Under the pieces are notes generated by a model. It searched no databases. It saw nothing but the letters and a program-made list of their open reading frames with translations, and was not told the DNA's origin. Positions 1-10,736 of a stretch of 64,000 bases of DNA are shown here, in pieces; within the stretch, counting starts at the first letter, position 1; every line of letters begins with the position of its first letter. A program made the position numbers and the translations under genes. Source of the stretch: Paraphysomonas bandaiensis (Eukaryota > Protista > Chrysophyceae); assembly GCA_965644295.1 (NCBI GenBank), contig CBFFRP010000426.1:186001-250000 (forward strand), in the 5' to 3' direction.

Positions 1-814
1 TAAGTTCCCGAAGGAACCCCTCATGCATACCAAATCTATCATACACAATCACCATCCATCCAAGAACTAAGTGAAAACGAGCGAACATATACATCATTGG
101 GCCTGTGAGTTCATTGTAGAATGTCTGTACAGTACATACGGCACGATAGCGTGCTTGCTTCTCGTACTGGTCATTAGAAAAGTGCAATGAGCGCACCATC
201 ATTTGCGCTAGCAATGGAGGGGAACAACCTTGGAATACACTAGTGAACTTCAAGAGTGATGGTTTATTTCTAATTAATTCTGAATAACATTTTGGGTATA
301 CTCGGATCTGAGTGTCACTTCTGTTTACTTGATCACTATTCAACGCACATATGTTCATTTTCTCTGATTCAAAATCAACAAAGCATAGAATAGCAATGGA
401 TAATGTAAACGGAACATCCTGTAAAAGACGGAATGAGAAGTTTATACTGACCCCTATGTATTGACTACTCACCGTTGGGTTTCCAGGCATCACACCATCA
501 TGTGTCATGTAGAGACATGTATGTATATCGGATGCATATCTTAAGGCTCCATAGCCATGCTCCCATATAGCAGAGTCCTCTGCAGGTAGCTTTAACACAC
601 CCGTGTAAAGTATTTCACACTGATATGTATCTGGTATTAACAAGCGAAGTGATTCAGGTATTAACCATCTACTTGCTTTGGAAGTATGAGATAAGGGGAT
701 CAGTGACTGGCTCGTAACGTATAGATCAGTATGTGTATTGCTACATACATGTATATATGTGATTGATAATACAGACCACCATAACCCGATTACTGTATAT
801 TGTAATCGAACCAT
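1..814 (-). CDS. 5' part of a type II membrane protein running off the window edge; possibly glycosyltransferase family 92 (DUF23)-like
   Basis: ATG at 814 (MVRLQYTVIGLWWSVLSITYIHV, N-terminal hydrophobic anchor). The frame stays open to base 1, so it is absent from the ORF track. Probable in-frame intron 472-419 (GTGAGT..CAG). Segment AVCTVQTFYNELTGPMMYMFARFHLVLGWMVIVYDRFG loosely recalls GT92; product is tentative. Confidence 0.65.
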   Translation of the reverse strand, partial: MVRLQYTVIGLWWSVLSITYIHVCSNTHTDLYVTSQSLIPLSHTSKASRWLIPESLRLLIPDTYQCEILYTGVLKLPAEDSAIWEHGYGALRYASDIHTCLYMTHDGVMPGNPTVSSQYIGVSINFSFRLLQDVPFTLSIAILCFVDFESEKMNICALNSDQVNRSDTQIRVYPKCYSELIRNKPSLLKFTSVFQGCSPPLLAQMMVRSLHFSNDQYEKQARYRAVCTVQTFYNELTGPMMYMFARFHLVLGWMVIVYDRFGMHEGFLREL

Positions 815-1344
815 TGATATTTGATACCACCTTATTGAAAGGGAATATCATATGGAGAACAACTGCATGTGAATGAGTGATATGGATGACTCTATCTATG
901 TACTGTATATATATTTAAGAGACACAGAGGTGTGTGTTGATATTTCATAGATTTTTAGTTTCCAAGGACTAGATTTCAGTATTTTGGTAGAAATTCCCTA
1001 TATATGGGGCATAATTTTCTGGTTTATGAATATACCATAATATATATACGTATGTGCCGATTATGTACTAGCCTACAGGTGTATGAGTACATATACACTA
1101 TCCATGTGATGACTTAAATATATATATATGATACATCCCTAACCTTAACAAGATGATTACACTCTACTTGACTCCTTGTATCATATCCCTATAATTCCTT
1201 GGAAGACAATGACACTTCCAATACATTACTGTATCAATTAGTTGATTCTATATGTCATAACACACATAGAAGTGTCCATTACTGTCCTGTTATCTATATA
1301 TACATATATATCTATATATACACATATATTTCATATATTTATAC

Positions 1345-4164
1345 ATGAATACATCAAATACTTTGATTCTCACCCCATCATATCAACCTCCACCACCGTC
1401 CTCTATGGTAAATACGAGTATTCAGCAAGATATTAAGATAATGAGGAGATGTGTCAGTATACATACATATAACAGTAATCATCACTCTACTCTCGATAAA
1501 CTATATAAGAATTCACATATTCCATCAAAGTCTTCATCAGAAAACAAAATTAATACTGATATGTCGCATTCACTGCAGCTGTTTGAGGGCGATATATCTC
1601 TAGACCTGAGACAAGAGCTCACGCAGAACATGCAGTCACAACCTCCATCTGTAGTTACCCGCAAAGGTCCAAGTTGCGAAAAGTTAATCCGGTCATTCTC
1701 AAGTAAACCATCAACTTGTGACAGCTCATCGTCGCTGGAGGCTCCTCAGCAGAGTATTATATCGTTCTTGGCGCCATCAGAGTCCTCAAAGAGACCATCT
1801 ACAACACCACACTCTCCCACTCGTGTTAGAAAGCGCAAGAAAGCTCCCATTCCAGCCGACACGTCCGTTCAACAGCGTATTGATAATTCCTCTAAAGCTT
1901 TTCATGGAATAGAGAAGTTCTGTCGTAATGCCGGTTCATGCGAAAAGGGACTGAATCTCCTTGTGAATAAGTGTCAAGCTACTTCAACTGTTGCTGTGGC
2001 TGTTGTCTGGACGGATGGTACATCTTCCCATGCTGATACTTCGCGTAGACTTTGTGTCCCATCTCGACCTTGTCCCTCCTGGAACTGCACTTGTGATCGA
2101 CACATTCGCAGTCAGCAGGCCGTCCGCCCTCTCCTTGGTGCTGTTTTTTGTCTTTCTTCCGAACCTGCTGTGGCCTATTTCCTACCTCTCAAGAACCCAT
2201 CACAAGTATCAGTGGATCGTATGGCAACAAAGTGTTGGGTTGCTCTATGGGAAATAATGGCATGTGCATCTGTGAAGGTGATGTATAATTCTCAACTTGC
2301 CCTCATTCCGCTTCACGCCCAAGCCAGTTGCTGTGATAAAGGCCCGTTAAAATTTAACTCCCTCTTTGATCCTCGAGTGGCTGAGTACTTGTGTGATACC
2401 ACGGCATCAGAGCAAGATCTAGAACTTCGAAGGATATGTGACCGGTAGCCACTATTTGTATCCCGTCATATATCGTTTTCACAACATTTTTTTGCTTAGA
2501 CTAAAGTTGAAGCCTTCTGTCACAATTCCCTCATCTGCTACCGTCGGTCCTGCTGCCAAAGTTGTGGGGAATGTGTTCGAAGATCTTCAGTGCCTTGTGC
2601 ACGCTTATTCAATTCTCAACACAAAACTATCTAATATGGGACTTTTACGAGTTTTTTCTAGTATAGAGATGCCTCTTGCCAGCTTACTGGCCGAGATGGA
2701 ACTGAGAGGACTCAGCGTATCTCTCCACGGTGTGAATGACTTGTCACATGCGCTGAAGGAAGAGATCACTGAATTAGAATCCACAGCACACAACATGGTG
2801 CAACAGCAGTTCAATTTATCTTCTCCTGATCAAGTGAGTGACGGTATTTCATGGTATCGTATGAATCAATAAATTTTGGCTGTAGGTTGCTAATTTATTG
2901 TACGATCGTCTTCAACTCTCCACTGGCACAGATGGTAACAGCGGAAGAGATGGCAAGAAGCATGCATCAACGTCTGAAGAAGCTTTACTTCGAATAAAAG
3001 AAAAACACCCAGTAGTAGAGATTATTCTTAATCACAGGTTTTACGTCATGTTGTATGTGATGTAATTTTAAAACGTAACCACAGATATATGACTAAAATA
3101 CTCGGCACATTTGTAGAAGGTATTCGGCCTTTCATTGTATCTGCGAGTAGCGGGAAGAGTCGCATACATGCCTACTGGAACCAAACTACAGTTCGCACGG
3201 GACGCCTCAGTTGTACCCGTCCGAATCTTCAGAACATCCCCAACGGTCGCACAGTGAGGGGCATTGCAGCCAACCCTCGGGCGCTATTCACTGCATCTGA
3301 CGGGAGGATATTGGTTAGTGCAGATTATTCTCAGATCGAGATGCGTGTACTGGCACATGTTTGTGGGGATTCTGGAATGGTGAAACTTTTCAGACATTCA
3401 GGAGACATATACCAGACCCTGGCCAGCATAATTCTTGATCGTCCCCCAGCTAATGTTACTCCGCTGGAGCGCGAGCGGGCTAAAGTTGTCTGTCTAGGTA
3501 AAATTCTACAATCTGTGTTATATGTTACATGCGTGATGTAAATTATATCGCAGGAGTCATATATGGTATGGGACCACAAGCTGCTGCTGCGAGGCTTAAT
3601 ATCGACGTACCAACAGTAAATTCTATCATCAGGTCTTTTTATGGGAAATTTAACACCGTCAAGCAGTGGATCAGCAATACGAAGAACACAGCACGTCAGC
3701 AGGGCTTGGTTCGAACTATTTTAGGTCGGATACGAAGCCTCCCAGATATGTCATCTACCTGTGCAGAAAAAAGAAGCCAAGCTGAACGACAGGCTGTTAA
3801 CAGTATCATTCAGGGATCTGCTAGTGATATTATAAAGTACGCTATGCTTAGAGTAGAAAGGGAACTGAGTGAACAAAAGCACCCTTTTGGGCGTCCAGAA
3901 GTTGTAATGCAGATCCATGATGAGCTCATATATGATGTCCCAGAGAGAAGCTGCGAGAGTTTTGTTGGTATTCTACGTACGTGCATGGAAAATCAAGTGC
4001 GGGAGGCACTTGGGATAGTCGTGCCTCTCATTGTGAATATACGTACAGGTAAGAACTGGGGAAGCTTGACACCTATTAATATCCGAAATCTGGAAAATGA
4101 GGCAATGTCTTCGTGTACTAATGCCACTTCGGCAATCGAAGCACCCAAGAGATCGATTGATTAG
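1345..4164 (+). CDS. Family A DNA polymerase, Pol theta/Pol nu-like polymerase domain without helicase (5 exons)
   Basis: Introns 2445-2499, 2834-2885, 3038-3084 and 3498-3553 join the frames. Motifs TGRLSCTRPNLQNIP, motif A SADYSQIEMRVLAH, motif B RERAKVVCLGVIYGMG, AERQAVNSIIQGSASD, motif C QIHDEL. Confidence 0.93.
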
Positions 4165-4487
4165 TTAGTTCTGTATATATATATTTCCTTGTGCGGTATT
4201 AGATGTATCATGCATCATACATTTATGCTATTCGCTACATTAGCAAATCGTAGTGTTTGTGAAATCAGAACTATTACGTCGTTTACCCGATATATTTTCT
4301 TACTTTTTGTTATAATTTAAATACTTACTCCTTTACATATAACTGCGTTTCAAACCGTACTGTTAATGTTTGTAAGTTCACTAGGGAGGTACATTTCGAA
4401 CTCCATATGAAATTGTTGAATATCGAGCTATGTATTTCATGTGAGGTGTGAGACATACACCATTGAAGCAGGCTTGCATAATATTTG

Positions 4488-7400
4488 ATTTTATAATTAC
4501 AGAGTGCAAGCATTTGCTTGTCCTATAATAAGAATAATTGGATATTAAACCAAGATCATTCCAAGAAGAAATATACAATCACAAACACATATGCAAACAT
4601 ACACTATGATGCAGTACTTGAGAAAACAGTAAGCTATCAAATATACAAGTGTCTTTCTCTTGACCGTTGCTTTGGATGAAACCAGGAAGTAGTAAGTGTC
4701 GTGTTATATGATTGAAAGTTGAATCCATACGATCATGTTTCGTACTGGTGAGACTATTCTGCATATTACAAGATGATTATAAGATGGTTCATGTCCGCCA
4801 ATCAATCCGATTTACTGTTTGAATATGCTGACTATGTTACACTTCTGAGGCTATTCTGCTTGCAGAGATGAGATGAGCCATATATCGAGAGGTGAATGTG
4901 ATGATACACTAACAACGACATCCTTCATGGATATGCATCGTATTGGCATCCTCTGTGTATTTTTGTGTAAAGATGCCTCTAATATTGAGACAACAATTAT
5001 CTGTATACTAGCCGTAGTTTTATATCAGTAATATAGAGAATATTTGCTTCAATTTATTACCGAAAAATAAGATGCGGACTGCCGATACGATGCACTGCAT
5101 CAAGATGAAATTTCCCAGAGAAATTCGGTTATTTAGGGCTGTTGTAACACCTAAAACTCACCCTTTTGTTTGTAAAGTCTGACTTTTAGGTTTTTCAGCA
5201 TACACATGTGTATTAATATGCTTGCATATAAACCAGTAGCACACGATATCCAATCAATTTTAACACTTCTATGTGTGAGGTATATGATTGGTATAGAAGG
5301 GTGACTTTTCGATAGGATTGTCCAATTATATCACCATAATAAGGTGTGTGGATAATTCATTGAGTAGTTTTGAAGGAAGGTGAACCATTCGTCTTCTGGA
5401 AGTGAGCTCATACTATCTCGAAGGATTCGCTTATATATACCTACACGGATATAAATATCAAGTCAGCTCATAATTTTACAAGAGTTAGCAACGTCATAAT
5501 ATCACTGCCTTTGAGTTCCAACACTTCACCGCGCTTCAATATGCAAACATCCAAAGCATCTGAAGGACTATTTACGGTAAGAGATATGATGCATATGTAT
5601 GACTATGTATCTTATAAAGATATGCAGGTCAACAGCCCGAATGTCACCTACACTGATGGGGCTATCCTCTCCCGCTACAACCATGTCTTTACTAAGGTGG
5701 AAGGGAATGTGGTGACTCCTGTAAGCAGAGAGATGGTCTTTAAGACAGAGACGAGGGTCCCTAAGTTGGGAGTAATGCTTGTGGGGTGGGGTGGTAACAA
5801 TGGAAGCACCTACACTGCAGGTGTTCTTGCTAACAGACTCAAGTTGTCGTGGAATACGAAAGAAGGAGTTCGTCGTGCAAACTATCTTGGGTCTCTCACT
5901 CAGAGTTCCACTGTGCGTCTTGGTGAGGATGCCACTGGCAAGTCTATTTACATCCCCTTTAAGGACATGCTACCCATGGTGGACCCTAATGACATCGTCA
6001 TTGGCGGCTGGGATATCAACTCGAGTGACCTGGGGACCTGTATGGCTCGTAGTCAGGTTGTCATGTAACGAAGAGAGTTTTTGCTGTGTTCATGAATCTT
6101 CCACAGGTATTGGACTATGACCTTCAACGTCAACTCAAGGATGAAATGTCAAAACTGTCCCCTTTACCTAGTGTCTACTACCCTGAATTCATTGCAGCAA
6201 ACCAGAGCGACCGTGCCGATAACGTCCTTCCTGGTACCAAGCAGGAGCACTTGGATACCGTCCGGCGCAACATCCGCGAATTCAAGGAGAGCAATGGATT
6301 GGACAAAGTCATTGTTTTGTGGACTGCTAACACAGAGCGCTTCTGTGATATCATTGCTGGCGTAAATGACACTGCAGATAACCTCCTTTCTTCTATTCAG
6401 GTTGGTATTGGTGACATTTTTAATGCTTTCGTATTATAACCCTTTGTCTCAGCGCGGAGAAGCGGAGGTATCTCCTTCCACAGTATTTGCAACAGCGAGT
6501 ATCTTGGAGGGGTGCTCTTATATCAACGGGTCTCCGCAAAACACATTCGTGCCGGTAAGTGAATGGGAAATTTTATTACGTCTTTAACTGCTGCTTAGGG
6601 AGTCATCGAACTTGCTGAAAGTCGTGGTGTATTTATTGGCGGTGATGATTTCAAGTCAGGCCAAACTAAAATGAAGAGCGTATTGGTTGACTTCCTTGTG
6701 TCTGCTGGCATCAAGCCTCGCTCCATTGTGTCATACAATCATCTTGGAAATAACGATGGTAAAAACTTATCTGCTCCGGAGCAGTTCCGGTCGAAGGAAA
6801 TATCGAAGAGCAATGTGGTGGACGATATGGTAGCGTCGAATCGTGTTCTGTATGCGGAGGGTGAGCATCCAGACCACGTCGTTGTGATCAAGTGAGTGCC
6901 ACGCTTTTCGATTATGATGTATATGCTAACAATGGGGCGACTTATGTGTAGGTATGTTCCTCACGTTGGTGACTCGAAACGTGCAATGGATGAATATACA
7001 TCTGAAATATTCATGGGGGGATCTGTAAGTTGGCATACGAATGTAGAATTATGCTAATACCTTTTCAGAACACTATTGTGATGCATAATACATGCGAAGA
7101 CTCTCTCCTTGCAACCCCACTTATTTTGGACCTTGTCGTATTAACCGAACTCTGCGAAAGAATCACGGTCTGCACGAATCCTGTATCAGGCGATATTCTT
7201 GCGGACGATGTAGAAGAATGGAAGGGTTCGCTTGATTCTATTTGTGGGAAGTTCGAAAAATTCCACTCGGTCCTTTCCTTGCTTTCTTATATGCTCAAGG
7301 CTCCACTTGTTCCACCAGGAACTCCTGTTGTTAATGCTTTGGCTGCACAGAGGCAATGCATTATTAATGTATTCCGAGCTTGTTTAGGACTTCCCGCCGA

Positions 7401-7523
7401 GGACTTCATGCACCTTGAGCACAAGATTCCGTCCTTAATGAAAGAGATACAACAAAACATGAAAATTGCCGCCGCATTAGAGGGTACTGCTAATATTGCA
7501 GCATCTGTTTAATTATGATATTT
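4488..7523. repeat. ~3-kb segmental duplication unit (MIPS gene plus ~1 kb upstream), inverted relative to copies at ~36370-39250 and ~39830-42710
   Basis: Near-identical reverse-complement sequence. Homology breaks at ATAAAATCA upstream and ~11 bp after the stop codon. Confidence 0.93.
5541..7512 (+). CDS. INO1: Myo-inositol-1-phosphate synthase, copy 1 (7 exons)
   Basis: Canonical MIPS motifs [36 protein letters not shown] and [10 protein letters not shown]; six short GT-AG introns. Confidence 0.97.
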
Positions 7524-7804
7524 ATGGCTAATTACGGTGCAGTCGTGTGCTGAACATGTCTGTTGTGAGATATTGTTACGCTAACTTGTTTTCACTGATA
7601 AATCCTATTTCGAAATGATACTCAACACCTTGCAAGTATTACTTCTGTTAATAATATAAATCTTACACACTGATATAATATGAAGCTATATTCTATATAC
7701 TTCTAATATTACAGTTTACAGTCTAAGTACACATTGTTTAAATATTCACAGAATGTTAAATGGTGGCCGCATTTTACTTTATCTACGAATAGATCGTACT
7801 TATA

Positions 7805-7923
7805 ACGCAGGCTGTAGTCAATTGTAATGCAATTATTACTTGCTGTCTCAATTTCAATAATTGCAATTAACTGCGATTATTTAGTACTAAAATACACTAG
7901 CTGCCAATATAGCTACCTCAACT
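7805..7923 (+). repeat. Truncated copy of a dispersed MITE-like repeat (family also at 20022 and 43329)
   Basis: High similarity to 20056-20175 (ACGCAGG.TGTAGTCAATT ... GCTGCCAATATAGCTACCTCAACT). Confidence 0.8.
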
Positions 7924-8029
7924 GTCATTTCATTCCAGAGGCGACGATTCGTGCGTAAAAACAAAAGTAGCTCAGATGACGCTCAACGATCGGGTGCCTT
8001 ATGATGAGTTCGTCAAATAATGTACAAAC

Positions 8030-8704
8030 GTCGTAGAGGTCAGGCTGGTGTTAACCTCACTACTATTGCGCATTCGGACGCCACATATCCAACTCACTTC
8101 TCGAACATAAAACCCCCTCGAAAAATCCACCACCTCTATCCTGCTCCCCCTATATAATGGAGGGTTCCGCATGCTTCGCAATAGGGGACTCAGACACCAC
8201 AACGCAGACACAACATCAGTAACTCTGGTCGCGACACTGACACACTCACAGCAACGCCAGCCACAGGATACTCACCCGACACCAAAAATACTCCAGCTAC
8301 TCCAGGCGACATCCACCCCTAGAATTCTATCCTCTACAAGAGTCCGAACCCGACAGAGGCAAGCGCAACCACTCCGGAAACAACTCACCCTTACTTGTGG
8401 CCGAAACCCCACCACGACAACCAGCACCATTTCCACCACCGACTTACACTCTCATCTACATATCGCCCCATCCACTCCTCACATAATCCGTGGCACAGGT
8501 CAAACACATTGCCTAAAGGTAGATAGATCCCCCGACTAACCTCACTACAAGGGAAGGTTGCACCATGGTGCTCGCAGCGATGCACAAGCAGTCCCGAGAC
8601 GGTTGCCCGCCACTAGAAATATATAGCAAGTTCGGTTATTAGTCAGTCTATAGATGTAAAACTCGTTTCTGTACACGGCATTCTCATATAAGAATCAGAC
8701 ATTC
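8030..8704 (+). mobile_element. Degenerate 3' fragment of a non-LTR retrotransposon, paralogous to the element at 8721-10116
   Basis: GC-rich island. Frameshifted peptides AFGRHISNSL / LEKSTTSILLPLYNGGFRMLRNR ... DRSPD* align with VFGDHIHESL / IESAIIKLLLPLFAVAKLMIQDR ... GRPPD of the neighbouring element. Ends in AGACATTC. Confidence 0.7.
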
Positions 8705-8720
8705 TTATAAAATATATTAT
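8701..8720. repeat. Target-site duplication (partner at 10117-10136)
   Basis: ATTCTTATAAAATATATTAT vs ATTCTTATAATATATATTAT, 19/20 identical, bounding the GC-rich element. Confidence 0.8.
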
Positions 8721-10116
8721 ATTGAATGTCTTTTTATTTAGCAATAGGCGTTAAAAACTCGTTCCGATATAGTGGCTAGTTGAATGCTAGATCTACTAGT
8801 TAGACCTCTACCCATAACTAATCAGCACAAATTCTATTATCCTACTATTTAACGCTACAGAAGCTGCTTGTGCGTCGCCGCAAGCACCAAGGTGCAACCA
8901 CTTCCGTTCTTGATGTTGTGTGTGAGTTCGCCCTGCTCGTGTGTCTGAGGACTCACTGGCGCGTGTTGTCCGGGGGTCTCCCCTTGGGATAAGGTTCCGC
9001 CTGGCTCTGAGGTACCGGGTTCTGTATTAAGGTCCTGAGTGTACCGAGCACTAGATGTGTGGATTGAAAGGTTGATGGTGTGGTGGAGTGTTGCGGTGTC
9101 ACCATGCACCGTCTGGGCGTTGGGCATAGGAGGAGTTGCCGGAGACGTCGTCGCCGTTGTCTAGGGCCTGTTGGTTTCATACGGTCCGGTGCTATGGTCC
9201 TTTGTGTATGGTTGAGAGGGTTCATAGGTGCGGTGGGCGGTGTTCCAGTCTTGGTTCGTCTGTGGATTCCTAGTAATCTTAGCACCCTTGGGCGTTTCCG
9301 TTTCTGTCTTTGTTGGGGACTCGGCCGCGGTAGTAGCCTTGGGGGACCTTTCCGTAGGGTCACGTATCTTCTACTTCGATCTTGGATCATGAGCTTTGCT
9401 ACAGCGAAAAGCGGTAGAAGTAATTTGATGATCGCTGATTCGATGCTGCGCAGTCCTTGGGATGTCAGTGACTCATGGATGTGATCTCCAAAAACCATTT
9501 CAATCTGTGTAGTTGTGATGGTACCCGTCCAGAATCGCTCCACCTGTGGCACGGAAGGGTTCCAGGCCCTGCTGGAGAGTCGCTGTAGTACAGTGGTGGT
9601 CCATTGGGGTAGTTCCGGATTTCTCATTTCTTCTAGAAGCGCGTTTTTGTGGCTGTGAAATGCAGACTCCCTTATCTGCGCTAAGGTGTCGTTTGTACAG
9701 TCTAAACACATATGCTTGAGTGAGTCTAGCCTAAATCCGCAGTCAGAGCATACAGCTTTAGCCATGTCGAGTCCGTGTTTGGTTTTCGCCCGGTTTCTTC
9801 CTATGCTGAAGGATTTGTCCCATGTCAGTGCTGCATTGAGTACTCGTTGGCTCAGGTGGGAGCTCACTTTGTCCTTTGATGGTCCACCATCTGCTTGTGC
9901 CAGTTTGCGCGGAAGTAGTGCTCCGCTATCTTTCCAGTATCCAGGAGCCCGGTCGGGATTGTGACCGTAGCGTTGGTCTCGGAGAGCTGTGTAGGCCTCC
10001 AGCGCCCGTTGATTACGGAGGGATTGGAAATCCGTGAGCAGGGGGCTAGTGCGATACGGCCGTCGGTCCCCAGTTAGGCGCCAGTGCCATAAACCCTCGG
10101 TGAGTATTCTCTCGAT
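8721..10116 (-). mobile_element. 5'-truncated non-LTR retrotransposon (C-terminal CCHC/zf-RVT-like region plus 3' UTR)
   Basis: Frame open from the junction at 10116 (IERILTEGLWHW...) to stop at 8953, containing CSDCGFRLDSLKHMCLDC. GC-rich. 3' end AAATAAAAAGACATTCAAT. Flanked by a 20-bp direct repeat. Confidence 0.85.
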
Positions 10117-10736
10117 ATTCTTATAATATATATTATCTCACTTCTGTAATTTTAAGGACACTAGTAGTTGAAACAATTCCTATTCCTCCCGTATTGCAAG
10201 AGTTTAGCATGCTCCTTTTCACTTGGTATTAGACTTAACACGTCGGAACTATACTCGAATGATCTCGTATGATTAGATAGAAGCAAGTAGCGGTCATTCA
10301 TGGAAAATGTGAAGCCCCTTTTCCTACAGGACAAATCTCTATTTTGCAGTCTCTTGGTTATTATCATATCATTTAAATTTTACTTTCTCAAATAACGCTC
10401 GTGCAATGACTTCTGGTGCCAGTTTGTCGCTCATATCGCTAATTACGTTAAATGAATTACTACGTTACGTTTAATGAATTACTATGTGAGATAATCCTAT
10501 TAATATTATATAGTCTTTCACCAATCTTCGATTTTTATCCTACTTCATTTCAATTTTCCTAACAAGTCAACAGAATAGTTCATTTGCATTAAAATTAATC
10601 AACAAAACTCAAAAATTTTGAACTGTACGTTCATATAATTGTTCATACGACATGCCACAATACAACAATCTATATATACATGCTCTCTCCTATAGTATAC
10701 TTTCACTCCAGATCACATCCTACAAGCGTTGTAGAA

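Noticed and set aside
4579-4764. 61-aa ORF conserved three times (also 38971 and 42432)
   Set aside because: Conservation is explained by the recent cassette duplication; no recognisable motifs.
5577-5627. Apparent N-terminal insertion in MIPS ([17 protein letters not shown]) and upstream TTG/GTG starts
   Set aside because: A 51-nt in-frame GT-AG intron; the real start is most likely ATG 5541.
9080-9964. Plus-strand ORFs of 134 and 92 aa
   Set aside because: Antisense shadows of the GC-rich retroelement ORF.
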